A DNA stretch of 64,000 nucleotides from Andalucia godoyi And28 (Eukaryota > Protista > Jakobida). The stretch is from positions 62,001 through 126,000 of the forward strand of contig VRVR01000022.1 in NCBI GenBank assembly GCA_009859145.1. The letters are read 5' to 3'. The notes under the pieces are model-generated. The model was given only the letters and a program-made list of their open reading frames with translations, searched no databases and was not told the DNA's origin. Of the stretch, positions 31,807 through 42,958 are shown one piece after another (the first letter of the stretch is position 1; every line of letters starts with the position of its first letter). A program made the translations under genes and the position numbers.

Positions 31807-32447
31807 TCCAGTTGCCCGCTGTTCCAAAGCACACACACACACACACACACACACAACATGATTCTTTTGTAAAGTACTGTATACCAAGCGAGTCTGACGT
31901 AGCATGTCAATCTTCAAAGGAAGAAAGTTGATATCGGCGGTCAAGCCAGGCATCGAAGACTGGAGTCATTTCCTGCTGTAATAAAACAACCCCCCGACAC
32001 CCCATACAACGTACACCCACAAGTAGAAAACTCATGGTTGCGGAGCAGGTTCAAATATCAGGTGCGGGGAGTAAGGACTTTTGGAGTGCCCTTTCAGGAG
32101 TTCGTTTCCGGATTTGCAGAAATCCCTCATGAAAACGCTTGTAGACAGTCACTGTCTTCCCTAAAATCGAACGATGTTGCAGTGCACCCGACATAAATGT
32201 TTCGTGGCCTGCTCGCAATTCCAAAGCTGGTGGTTCGGGGACACGCACGTCACACTGCTGTGCTCTCTTTCGCTGGCTTTTCCCAAAAGAGGTCAATTGA
32301 CGACCTTGATTGGTACCACATGATGAACTCTTGTGGTGGTACCTTCACCCCGGAAGGACACTTCACTTTTTGTATATGTTTTTGTTTTCGTTTTGCTTTT
32401 GCTTTTTGATTATTGGTTTTGCAAAGGCTCGGTTCGAGCATGACTCC

Positions 32448-33452
32448 ATGATGCAGTGTCTCTGGAAAAGGCTGCTGCAAGTGAGACGGCTACCGTTTCG
32501 ATCTGTCCGATTGTTCAGCAGTGGCTCCTCATCATCATCATCGTCGTCGTCGTTGGCGGAGCGGTCCGGACGGCAAGACCATCGCTGGCAGCTCGGAATT
32601 CGCGAAGACGCACGAGATCGGAGGAGCAGCGGGAAGCAGGCTGCAGAAAAGCTGCATTCTGCCCTGGACCGCTTATCGGATCTTGCTCTCAAAGCGGCAG
32701 AGAAGGGTGTGGCGCATGCAGATGAAGATGGCGGCGGCCAGCGAGGAGCAGGAGCAGGAGCAGCAGCACCGCGCTCCATGGTGCTGCCGCGGAATGCAAA
32801 GGAGTGGACGATGTTGGTGGAACAGCGCATCCAAGAGGCCATGAATGCCGGTGAGTTCCGTGATTTGAAAGGGAAAGGGAAGCCTTTCCCAGACACGACA
32901 GAGACGGATGCTGCTTATGCGTATAATGACGAGGATCGATTTGCACACAAAATTCTGCGAAATCACAGCTTTGCTCCGCCTTGGATTGAGCTCGACAAGA
33001 TGATTCGAGAAGACCTGGCTGCGATGGATGCCTATGTGGCCCGTGTTCTTGTTGCGGGTATCAAGTATCTCGGGATCCACCGAGGAAAACACGCGATCCA
33101 GCAGCCGGCATTCGCAAAGGATGTCTTTCCTTCCTTAACGCCGGAGGAAGAGAGAGTCCGCATGCAGAAAGGGGATGTTGCGGTCGTCTACAAGTTTGCA
33201 AAGGATGAACTCGAGGTTGCTGTTCGACTCCTCGAGAGTAGCAATCGAGCGTCGTTTGCAACGTGGGATCGGGTGTTGGGAGAATGTGATGAGCTGACGA
33301 AAACCCTGAATCGAAAGATTGACGATTACAACATCATGACCCCGGTTCTGAGTTCTCATAAAATGCGACGCAACCGCGAGCGAAATATCAAGGCAGCGCT
33401 GCGGGTGCTCGACAGCGTGCCTATCCGATTTCTCCTGGAAAGGCCTTCTTGA
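32448..33452 (+). CDS. DUF1992/DNAJC28-like protein, probable mitochondrial presequence
   Basis: LVEQRIQEAMNAGEFRDLKGKGKP, HKILRNHSFAPPWIEL, NRKIDDYN; Arg-rich N-terminus MMQCLWKRLLQVRRLPFRSVRLFSS. Confidence 0.8.
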   Translation: MMQCLWKRLLQVRRLPFRSVRLFSSGSSSSSSSSSLAERSGRQDHRWQLGIREDARDRRSSGKQAAEKLHSALDRLSDLALKAAEKGVAHADEDGGGQRGAGAGAAAPRSMVLPRNAKEWTMLVEQRIQEAMNAGEFRDLKGKGKPFPDTTETDAAYAYNDEDRFAHKILRNHSFAPPWIELDKMIREDLAAMDAYVARVLVAGIKYLGIHRGKHAIQQPAFAKDVFPSLTPEEERVRMQKGDVAVVYKFAKDELEVAVRLLESSNRASFATWDRVLGECDELTKTLNRKIDDYNIMTPVLSSHKMRRNRERNIKAALRVLDSVPIRFLLERPS

Positions 33453-33888
33453 GAACCGAAATTGAGAGTGCATTTATGTAGTAGTAACAGTAGTAGTAGT
33501 AGTAGTAGTATTTGGGGATGAGGTGGGACGCTAGATGCATCATGCAGCGTGTTGCTCGTCCACCCGTAAACGAAAGCAATAAGCACGGCTGTTCTATGGA
33601 ATCATGCACTTTACGGAAGCAACAGCTGCAAACTAACGAGGCCAAATGTCGCCATTTCCACTTGCAAGCCCAAACCACAAATGAAAACTACCAAACACTA
33701 TAACAACCCATTTAAGAAAAGAAAGACGGAGAAGGTGAAACAAGACAGGGCATGGAGAGAAGGACCAACAACAAATAACAGAGGTACAAAAGCTGAACGT
33801 GAGCATGTTCGAGGAAAACCCCTAGAACAAAACAAAACAAAAACAAAAACAAAAACAAAAACAAAAACAAAAACAAAAACAAAAAAAT

Positions 33889-34683
33889 TCAAGCATGATG
33901 GAGAAGCGAAAGCGTTGACTGTCTGGGAGTGCACGAGAAGCGCTGGCTGGACGCCATCAGAACAGTCTGCTGCGCGGATTCTTTTCGTTCCCTCTGAATC
34001 GAAGCATTGGACAAATGCCTGAGCAGCTTATTGACCTGCGTTGAGTCTTCGGTTTGCGTCTTTGTGTCCTTTGCCCGTGGAGTCAGCCGCCCAGCAAGAT
34101 ACCCCTGCGGGGTTCTTCCCGTTGTTTTTCCGTTTCCATTCTCGTGTGCGGATTGCGGTCTGGTGTTGAAAACATCCGAGTCTCCATTCGACGCTACGTG
34201 CTTCCTGCCGCGAGCGGATTCCACGACAGCGGGTGCAACGCTTCCGTTCTCAAACGACAAGTGCGATTCGTACATCGCGGCTCTGCTAGACGGTCTCTTC
34301 TTGAACGCATCGACGGGCGCGGACGGGTCAAACTCCAGCAGTTTTGCGGTCTCTCTGTGGGACTGCGGAAGAACCTTCTTCATGCGAGGCGAATCATGCA
34401 CTGCTGTCTTTCCCGCAGCGTCTTCCCCGGCAGACACGGGAGAAAGCCGCAAGCTCGGCCGATGAGTTGATGCCGGCATGTCTGGCGCTTCAAAAGGGCT
34501 GAAGGACGTTCGGATGCCTCGGAACGTGCGGTCTTCTGCTGCAGGGTGCGCAGACATGTGGATTGTCGGGTTCGGGAAGTCCTCCGGGTTTACTGGCGTC
34601 TTTTGGACAACTGCCGACCGTGAGCTCTTCGTCGGCGTGTACTTTCCCATACCATAAGACGTTCGGCGATTCGAAGTAGCCAT
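33889..34683 (-). CDS. Hypothetical low-complexity protein, 264 aa
   Basis: ATG-initiated ORF with T-rich upstream region; no family recognised. Confidence 0.6.
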   Translation of the reverse strand: MATSNRRTSYGMGKYTPTKSSRSAVVQKTPVNPEDFPNPTIHMSAHPAAEDRTFRGIRTSFSPFEAPDMPASTHRPSLRLSPVSAGEDAAGKTAVHDSPRMKKVLPQSHRETAKLLEFDPSAPVDAFKKRPSSRAAMYESHLSFENGSVAPAVVESARGRKHVASNGDSDVFNTRPQSAHENGNGKTTGRTPQGYLAGRLTPRAKDTKTQTEDSTQVNKLLRHLSNASIQRERKESAQQTVLMASSQRFSCTPRQSTLSLLHHA

Positions 34684-35146
34684 ATTATCTTTCAGATTCT
34701 TGCTTCCTTTTGCGACAAAGAGATAGAATAAGACACGGATCGAAAGAAAAGAAGGGAGGAAGACGGAGGAAAATAAACGTGGAAAAAGAAAAGGAAGGGA
34801 AAAGAAAAGAAAAGAAAAGGGGAAAAAGAAAAAGAAAAGAAGGATGGGAAAGCGTGATTAGCGTGGAGCAGAGGAACAGCAGAGCTGTGAAGTTGGGGAA
34901 AGGCCAAAGGCGCACGTGCAGAATGGGCGACGAGTGACGATCAATCAAAAGATCTCATCTGCACTCTCGGCTTATGAGACTGGTGGAGTGGCGGGCACAT
35001 TGAAATGGGTGCGTTTTTAATCCTTTACAGCAGGAAAGATGCCTCCTCATGCAGGCATCAAATGCTTTCGTGCTTATAGTATTGCTCCTCCAACCCAAAC
35101 GTCTGGTGGACGGTGGTGAAGATCGTCGGATAGTATGGCTGAAGGT

Positions 35147-35291
35147 GTGCAGGTCGAGGCCCAATGAGAGACACTGTCGAATACTGACAACCCGATTCCT
35201 CCGCCGCGGCCTCTCTCTCCCTCTGCGGCGCACTCCATTGCCAATCAACAATCAATGCAATATCCGCTCAATTGAAAACAAAGAAGGAAAG

Positions 35292-35358
<67 letters not shown>

Positions 35359-35660
35359 AAGTGGATTAAAAATGCGGAATGGCAATAAAAGAAGCTCGTT
35401 GAAACCCCTAGTTTTCTCCTGGTTCCGAGGGTCCAAATGGTTCTAACAAATGCACTGATTGCTCAGCTAGAGAGCTCTGAACAGGAAAATAGGTTGTTTC
35501 TGTTTTGGGGTGCGCAGACACCACGGATGTCCCACTCAAAAGGGGAGCTTTATTGGATGGGCGCTGATGCGGATTGTAAAAGTCACTTTTTACGCCAAAT
35601 AAATCTGTCTGAGGCGCAGCATGCGAGCCAAGTGTGCGGATAGGTTTTGGGTTGGAAGGT
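35147..35660 (-). repeat. Dispersed ~520-bp repeat, copy 2 (inverted relative to 14701-15225)
   Basis: Reverse-complement match to copy 1, including the (GA)n tract. Confidence 0.95.
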
Positions 35661-35703
35661 AGTACCTACAAGCCTTCATGTCTGTTCAATAGACGGAGAG
35701 TCT

Positions 35704-36711
35704 TCATGCAGTAGCCTTTCTTGAACGCTTTGGAGCCGGAGATGGATCTCTTGTCGATACCGATTCGATCTTGCTGCTTTTCCTGACACCGCCGCTCTTC
35801 GGTTTCGTCAAAGAAACAAGACGCGACCGTTCCTCTTCCTCTTGTTCTCTGTCTTCCTGACTCATTTCCACAGCTTTTGCCGTCGCCCTATTCTTCTTCG
35901 ATGGCTTCACATGTTTCGTATGCTCAACATGCTCCACGTCGCTCACCGCAACTGCAGACACTCGTTTCCCGACAGATGAACTCCTATCTTTGGGAACAAG
36001 TGTACCACCATCCACAGCCGTCGTTGCTTTTGCTTTCATCTTTGATTTTGTCCCTTTCTCCTTCTCTTCATGATCTTGCTGCTGCTGCATTTTCTTCCTC
36101 GCTTCCTCCTTCTTTTCCATCAGCCTTCTCTTGTTCCTTGCGGCAACCTTTTCGACATATTTTTCCTTCTTCTTTTCTTTCCGCTTGAGGATGCTCGCCT
36201 TCTCCCTTTCAGAAAGACCATTCCACTTGTCTGTCTTTTTGAGATCGCGTTCTCTAGCCAAATGGACCTTGGATTTCAGATGTTCTTGAACTTGCTTTTC
36301 GGAACGAAGCTCGCGCTCCGGGCACAAATTGCACTTAAAACTCAGTCGCTGCGCGGCGCCTCCAGATTCCTTGCCACCATCAGCATCCCCCGCATCACCA
36401 TCAGCATCCTCCTCATCGTCAGAAGACTCTAGAAGTTCGCCTACTGCGCGCTTTCGCCCCTCGCTGCCAGACGAGAGTAAAGCCGCCTTCTTTGATCGCA
36501 GTGGCTTTCGATCCGTTCCGTCTGCTGAATAGTCTGAATCCTCTGTGTCATCGGAGTCAGCAGCCTCGTCAGCATCCTCGTCATCACTTCCCGACTGGCT
36601 GCCATGATCCTCAGATTCTTCGACCGATCCCAGTTCTGAATTCTCATCAGACGACGACCCTTCATCTGGGTCTTCGTTGTGTTGAAGATACTTTGTTAAC
36701 CGCTTGATCAT
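35704..36711 (-). CDS. Charged protein with a single C2H2/U1-type zinc finger
   Basis: Acidic N-terminus, CNLCPERELRSEKQVQEHLKSKVH, Lys/Glu-rich C-terminus; ATG at 36711. Confidence 0.7.
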   Translation of the reverse strand: MIKRLTKYLQHNEDPDEGSSSDENSELGSVEESEDHGSQSGSDDEDADEAADSDDTEDSDYSADGTDRKPLRSKKAALLSSGSEGRKRAVGELLESSDDEEDADGDAGDADGGKESGGAAQRLSFKCNLCPERELRSEKQVQEHLKSKVHLARERDLKKTDKWNGLSEREKASILKRKEKKKEKYVEKVAARNKRRLMEKKEEARKKMQQQQDHEEKEKGTKSKMKAKATTAVDGGTLVPKDRSSSVGKRVSAVAVSDVEHVEHTKHVKPSKKNRATAKAVEMSQEDREQEEEERSRLVSLTKPKSGGVRKSSKIESVSTRDPSPAPKRSRKATA

Positions 36712-37148
36712 TGCTGAAACGGAGATCGGCTTTCGGAATAATTCTCGGATCAACACACGCTAAGGAAAGACGGAGATGAAGAAATGGAGAAACGCGGCAA
36801 AATTTTGTGGGATTCAAACAGAAATTAATCCGTCTCGTTCGTTTTCATTTTGTTTTGGCTTGTTAGTTTGCTTATCCGCGAAATACAACTACAGCAGGTG
36901 GGAATGAGGATTCCGGTCTTTCAAGGGATTCCGGCCATTGGCAGTTTTGCACCCGTTGCCACACCAGGAGTTTTTGATGCTGGGACCAAGAAACAGAAGA
37001 GGACTGCATTTAGAAAACAGCAACACGTGAGAAGCGCGCAAGATGAGAGCAGAGTAATGCGAATGTACAACATTGATTGACGAATATGGGACGATCAATT
37101 AACACAAAGGGAGGGGGAGGGGGAGGAATTAAAGAGGCGGCGCAAACA

Positions 37149-38945
37149 CTACTCGGAATCGCTGCTGCTGTTGCTGCTGCTGCTGTCGTCTGCATCCGGG
37201 AACCGGCACGAATCAGAATAAGGAATACACTCATCCTGTTCACCATCGGATTCTGCCGGTTGGCATCGAGCAACAAAGGTGGTCGACGAATCGAAAGCCG
37301 GAATGTCTTCGGATTCGCGAGAAATTGAGAAAAAGCAGGTTTCATCATCACGATACACGTTGTCGAGGTCGTCAGCATTGTCAACAGACCTACTGGAATT
37401 GGAAGAAGAATCTTTTTCAAGAAGCGAAGACGGAAGTGTCCCGCTGTCCAATTTTGCAGGGACCTCATTCACCTTGGCGGTCGAAGGATGTGACTCGACA
37501 ACACTGAAAGAATCCGCTTCGGTCGAAAACGGACTGATATTTTGACAACCATCAACATTCTGCACAACGACTCTGTCAACTGGAGCATCTCTGTGCGGGG
37601 CAACAGACGAATGGGCATACGCGACAAACTCCACGTCGTCCATATCGTCCTCATCACACGAGCCTAAACCTTCAAACGACGTTTGAGTGATTGAGATACC
37701 GAGCGAAGAAAAGATGGTAGACCGAGAAGAAGCCTCCGATCGACTGCTTCTTGCACCGGAAGTAAGCGCAGTCAAAGACTGAGATGACTGAGAAATCGGG
37801 CTGGAAGAATGAGATTGCGCAGCAGATTTGGATCCACAATCCGCCGACATCGCGTGGGAGTCTACTTGCGATCTACCTGTCTGCCACGAAGAACGACTTG
37901 AAGAGGATAGTTTAGAAGAACTCCACGTAAAACTGGAAACGCCTCCTATATTAGAAGCACTGCAGACCGGTCGCTGCAGAACATCCGACAAAGTGGAGCC
38001 AGCAACAACGCGAGACAGCTTCGGTGCGGGAGGGACTGCACAGCCACCATCAAACGTTCCATGTCTGTCCCTCTGCAGCATATCGACTGCATCATCTGAC
38101 GATACAGCGACAGAGTCGCCATAACTCCGGAAACATGAATCATCTTCAGAAGAGGAATCGTACTTCTTGTCGTCAGGAGCAGAACCCATTTCGCCGGTCA
38201 GCAACTTTCTACGGTCCTCTTCCCAAGTTCTTATACCGGTCAAATCTCCAATCCTTGCCAAATCACCTTCTTCAAGCATGAGCTCATCCCTAAATCCCTT
38301 TAAAAACGTTCGAAAGGAAAGGATGTCGGGAATTACCTCTTCGGCTTGACGATCATCAAAGTTCACAGAATTTTTCAAGAAACTCTTCAAATTCTCCTTC
38401 CGCGAAGGAAGTGAACCAGCCCGGAATATAGAAAATATTGCAGCCTTTGCGAGATCTGACTTAATCATGGCGATTCGAGCAAGCACTGTCTCGTGCATTC
38501 GAGATGTATCAACGTCAGAGGGTATTCGTAGCGACTTCTTCCGTGAAACTTTGAGCGTAGCATCTCGAATGACAGCCGCCGAGCGATCTGGATCCATTGC
38601 CGCACGTCGGAGAACTTCCTCTCGTCCATGAAAGTAGGAGTCCAGCTCTTCCCGAGAAATAGTAACAAATCGACCCAATGGCTTAACAAGTCGGACTCGG
38701 ATACCGTCGATTTCCATGAATCTGTTCGCAGATGCATTTCTTCGCGAGTTCTCCGAATGAAATTCAACAATTCCTTTTAACGACGGGACGGACGACACAA
38801 CATCTGGAAAGCAAAACGCATCACGAACCTCATTTTGGCCAGAAAAAAGCTCGAACAGTCGCTGATCAGTGAATCCAGGCGGCAGGTTCTCAATCACGAT
38901 CCTTCGCCTTTGAAGCATTCGACGAAAAGAAACGGAGCTATCCAT
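37149..38945 (-). CDS. Hypothetical protein with N-terminal RRM-like fold and Ser-rich C-terminus
   Basis: RRIVIENLPPGFTDQRLFELFS...KGIVEF resembles RNP2/RNP1; first ATG at 38945. Confidence 0.6.
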   Translation of the reverse strand: MDSSVSFRRMLQRRRIVIENLPPGFTDQRLFELFSGQNEVRDAFCFPDVVSSVPSLKGIVEFHSENSRRNASANRFMEIDGIRVRLVKPLGRFVTISREELDSYFHGREEVLRRAAMDPDRSAAVIRDATLKVSRKKSLRIPSDVDTSRMHETVLARIAMIKSDLAKAAIFSIFRAGSLPSRKENLKSFLKNSVNFDDRQAEEVIPDILSFRTFLKGFRDELMLEEGDLARIGDLTGIRTWEEDRRKLLTGEMGSAPDDKKYDSSSEDDSCFRSYGDSVAVSSDDAVDMLQRDRHGTFDGGCAVPPAPKLSRVVAGSTLSDVLQRPVCSASNIGGVSSFTWSSSKLSSSSRSSWQTGRSQVDSHAMSADCGSKSAAQSHSSSPISQSSQSLTALTSGARSSRSEASSRSTIFSSLGISITQTSFEGLGSCDEDDMDDVEFVAYAHSSVAPHRDAPVDRVVVQNVDGCQNISPFSTEADSFSVVESHPSTAKVNEVPAKLDSGTLPSSLLEKDSSSNSSRSVDNADDLDNVYRDDETCFFSISRESEDIPAFDSSTTFVARCQPAESDGEQDECIPYSDSCRFPDADDSSSSNSSSDSE

Positions 38946-39584
38946 TTCGTTGAAGAAAGAGTGGCCACTTTCCAGCGACGTAAACCGTGCAAACTGGGTT
39001 GCCGAAGTGCCAAAAGCTGGCACAAAAAGGTAGCTGGTTTCCTTTTTTGGGTGGAGGAACACACTACGAAGAAGGAAGGACCCAGAGAACAAAAATGCTC
39101 CTCTCTGAAAATCGCTATCTTAACAATTAAGCTGCAAACAGGCGATCCGCAATCGAGATATCGCGACTCTGCGTGGAATACTGTGAATCTATTTCGTGTC
39201 GAATCAGTAATGCTGATCAGAAGGAAATGTTCTGTTTTGTTTTGTTTTTGTTTTCATGTTTTTTCAAGCGCGTCAGAAGACGAATTACGAAGTAGACATA
39301 ATTTCGAAAAGGTCTCCAGCTCACATTCGCAGCTCTGCAGTCTGCACTCGCAAAGTGAAGGAAGCCGAAAAAGCACCCGCAGTTCAAGAGGCTGCTTAGC
39401 ATCACTTGATCAGCACAAAAGGAACTGCAAGACTTGAATCTCGTACTTCCACAACGAGGTTTGCTTTTTGGAGAGGGTGGTTCGAGGGCTTTTTCATTTT
39501 TCATTTCATTCTGTTTTCGATTTCGTTTTCTTTTTCGTCTCTTCCGTTTTCGTTCATAAACAAGCCAGTATCTCGTAGCCAGCA

Positions 39585-41105
39585 ATGAGTGAGCGTGATA
39601 ACAATTTTAATTTTGGAAGGTCTCACGAGCACGGGCTTCCTCCTACAGGACCGAGACAGCCTCCTAAGAAGGTATGGTTTTTTGTTGTTTAAGGTTTTTC
39701 TATTTGATTTGTTTTTTGTTGTTTTTTTAAATTTTTTATAAAGAATGCTATTCTTTGGCCTTTTTGCAAATGCAAAGCAAACTGTGATGGCGACTGACGT
39801 GTTCTCTATGTTTATTCTGTTGATCATTAGCCTGAGAAGAAAGAAAAGAAAAACGATGTTCCGGCGCCAACGCATCTCGGTAAGGGGAAGAAGCAGCGAT
39901 TCCGTTCAGCTGGTGTTGATACGCGCTTGCCGCAGGTTGCCCCTTCGTTGAAATGCAAGCTGCGTCTCCTGCGTTTGGACCGGATTCGAGACTACCTGCT
40001 GATCGAGGAAGAGTTTATTACGAACCAAGAGGCTCTGAAGCCGAAGGAGGACCGAAATGCCGAGGAACGGAAGGACATCGAGGCCCTGAGAGGAACTCCT
40101 TTGAGCGTTGGTACGCTCGAAGAGATCATCGATGACAACCACGGTATTGTGTCTTCCACGGTAGGACCGGAGTTTTACGTGAATATTCTGTCTATTGTTG
40201 ACAAGGATGCGCTGAATCTGGGGTCATCGGTTCTGATGCACCACAAGACGATGTCCATTGTTGGTGTTTTGGCTGATGATGCAGACCCGATGGTGTCCGT
40301 CATGAAAGTGGACAAAGCCCCCTTGGAGTCATACGCTGACATTGGAGGACTTGAAAAGCAGATTCAGGAAATCAAAGAAGCCGTTGAGTATCCGCTTACG
40401 CATCCCGAACTGTACGAAGATATTGGAATCAAGCCTCCAAAGGGTGTGATACTGTATGGCGAACCAGGAACGGGCAAGACTCTGTTGGCGAAAGCTGTTG
40501 CAAATTCCACTTCCGCAACGTTTTTGCGGGTTGTTGGCTCCGAGCTGATCCAGAAGTATCTTGGCGAGGGTCCGAAGCTTGTTCGAGAGCTGTTTCGTGT
40601 TGCAGAAGAAATGGCGCCGACCATTGTTTTCATTGATGAAATTGATGCCGTTGGAACAAAGCGCTACGACGCGACGTCTTCGGGAGAAAGAGAAATTCAG
40701 CGAACGATGTTGGAATTGTTGAACCAGTTGGATGGGTTTGACACGCGTGGTGATGTGAAAGTGATTCTGGCAACGAACATGATCGAATCTTTGGATCCAG
40801 CACTGCTCCGACCGGGTCGCATTGACAGAAAGATTGAATTTCCGTTGCCGGATGTTCCCACGAAGCGTCACATTTTCCAGGTGCATACTCGAAAGATGAC
40901 CCTGGGTCCTGACGTCGACCTTGAAGAGTTCATCTTGTCCAAGGATCAAATTTCGGGTGCCGACATCAAGGCCATCTGTACGCAGGCAGGTCTTGTGGCA
41001 CTTCGTGAACGGCGGATGCAGGTTACGCAAGCAGATTTCAGGAAGTCCAGAGAGCAAGTTTTGTACAAGAAACAGGACACCGCTCCTGCTGGCCTTTATA
41101 TCTAA
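39585..41105 (+). CDS. PSMC1: 26S proteasome AAA-ATPase Rpt2; two exons, 39585-39671 and 39831-41105
   Basis: [40 protein letters not shown]. Splicing restores the expected N-terminus (...PPKK|[21 protein letters not shown]...LPQV). Confidence 0.97.
39672..39830 (+). other. Spliceosomal intron (159 nt) in PSMC1
   Basis: GTATGG donor, CTGAC branch (~39803), TAG acceptor; phase 0, in frame. Confidence 0.9.
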
Positions 41106-41126
41106 TCGTTACACTGTAAAACGACA

Positions 41127-42926
41127 TTATATTTCTTCAATGATTCTTTTCTTTTTGGCTGTCTTCGTGGTGGCCTTCTCCCTGCTTGACGAATCTGCTT
41201 CCAGAACATTTTGAATCGGATCTTCTTGTGGAACGCTGGAGTTCAGTTCCATCATCTGCTTCAAAAGAGTCGATGGATCCAAGTTATCCAAAGGAGTCGC
41301 CGAGGATGAAGACGATGATGCACTCGGAACATCCGACTTGTGCAACGCTTCTGCCTGCACATCTGAAGGGCCAGAAAGAATCTCCGCGAGCTTGGAAAGA
41401 TCATTTGGAGTCATGAAACCGTCGTTCCCATGACGGAGAGCATCGGCCATTTCAAGATCTCCAGTTTCCACATCTTCCTTAGCGGCATCTTCCGCTCGCA
41501 AAATCTGGTTGACATTCGCTCCCCGCTTGGAATGCGCAGCATCTTCCTTCTCAATATACCGCAGAAGATTAACAGAAAACTTGTCGTTCTGAGAGAGTTT
41601 GCACGACGTGCGAATACTGTCGACAGCGTCAGAGAAACGACCCAGGATCAGAAGAGCCTGTGCCTTTCTGAGGTATGCCTTTGCATAGTGCTCATCAACA
41701 AGAATAGCATCTTGAGAATCACGCAAAGCAAAAACAACACTGGATTCGCTCAGCAGTCGGGAAGGAATGCCATCCTCCCCAATCACAGCCCCATTTTGAA
41801 GATGTGCAACCGCTCTGTTTGAATACAAAGACGCATTTGATGGATCCAGTTCAATCGCCCGAGTGTAACATTTAATGGCAGTGTCGTAAGCGCCTTTCCT
41901 GAAATTCGTATTGCCAAGTTCTTTCCATTTTGAAATTCTTTCCGATGTCGACAGCAACGTCTCATCAACTGCCACCTCCTGCGCCAGCGTTGGAGTATCG
42001 GAAACGGCAGCGGACTCTAGAGCCGGAACGTCTTCCTCAGCGACTCCAACCATTTGCGATATGTCTGACAACGGCAAGGAGTCCAAATGCAATCGAGCAT
42101 CAATCCCCGAAGGCAAACAATCAGATGGTGAGACTGCCGGGTGGCTTCCAAAGTCTTGAAACAATTTCAGTGCCAGCTGTTTCTCCTCATCACCAGCTTG
42201 AGCCGCTTCGACGTTCCACGAACCGAGAATCTGCAAAATTTCCGTCGAGAGCGGAAGAATGTTGTTCCTTGCGTAGTGAAATCGAATCCATGAGAGCCAA
42301 AAGGCTACAATCTGAAGACAAAAGAGTGATCCGCCAGGAAAGCTGTCTTTGCGATTAGCAAGCAAATTTGGAACAAAGGGCGAATGTCCCAAGAGGGCCA
42401 TGGACCGAAAGGCCTCTTGTCGATCCCTCGGATCGCATGATTTCAGCGAAGCGAACCAACCCAATTCGGTGGAAGCAGTAATCAGCCTGAAACATTCGAT
42501 GGCTTGGCTCCGAATCTGTAGATTGCTATCGAGAAACAACGTGGTTAAAGCACGTAATCCTCCAGAAACGATGAAAGGAGTAAGCAGACACGCGTTTCGA
42601 ACATGCATTAAATAGAATAATGCTAAAAACGGGATCCGAGCTTTCGCAGGAAAGCCAGAATTCTGTGACACATCCAGGATGGCTGGGTAACACGTGATGC
42701 TATGAGAATCGGGAACGAAAAGCAAGGTTCGAGCTTCCAACACGGACACATCAGTATGGAGCAGCATCGATAGTTCGGAAGCCGGCGGTTTGTTCCACAT
42801 ACGCTCCAGACCCTTCTGCATCTGGGCCGAAAGTTCCGGCTCTGGAAATAGTTTTAGAACTTCTCTGCATACATCGTTGAATGAGGTCATCGGCCTGTTG
42901 TCTTTTGAAAAAACGTGGTCCTGCAT
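41127..42926 (-). CDS. ARM-like plus TPR-domain protein
   Basis: 599-aa ORF with TPR triplet KELGNTNFRKGAYDTAIKCYTRAIELDPSNASLYSNRAVAHL...YAKAYLRKAQAL. Confidence 0.8.
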   Translation of the reverse strand: MQDHVFSKDNRPMTSFNDVCREVLKLFPEPELSAQMQKGLERMWNKPPASELSMLLHTDVSVLEARTLLFVPDSHSITCYPAILDVSQNSGFPAKARIPFLALFYLMHVRNACLLTPFIVSGGLRALTTLFLDSNLQIRSQAIECFRLITASTELGWFASLKSCDPRDRQEAFRSMALLGHSPFVPNLLANRKDSFPGGSLFCLQIVAFWLSWIRFHYARNNILPLSTEILQILGSWNVEAAQAGDEEKQLALKLFQDFGSHPAVSPSDCLPSGIDARLHLDSLPLSDISQMVGVAEEDVPALESAAVSDTPTLAQEVAVDETLLSTSERISKWKELGNTNFRKGAYDTAIKCYTRAIELDPSNASLYSNRAVAHLQNGAVIGEDGIPSRLLSESSVVFALRDSQDAILVDEHYAKAYLRKAQALLILGRFSDAVDSIRTSCKLSQNDKFSVNLLRYIEKEDAAHSKRGANVNQILRAEDAAKEDVETGDLEMADALRHGNDGFMTPNDLSKLAEILSGPSDVQAEALHKSDVPSASSSSSSATPLDNLDPSTLLKQMMELNSSVPQEDPIQNVLEADSSSREKATTKTAKKKRIIEEI

Positions 42927-42958
42927 CCACCCGTTGAATCAAAATAAAAAAAAAGAAA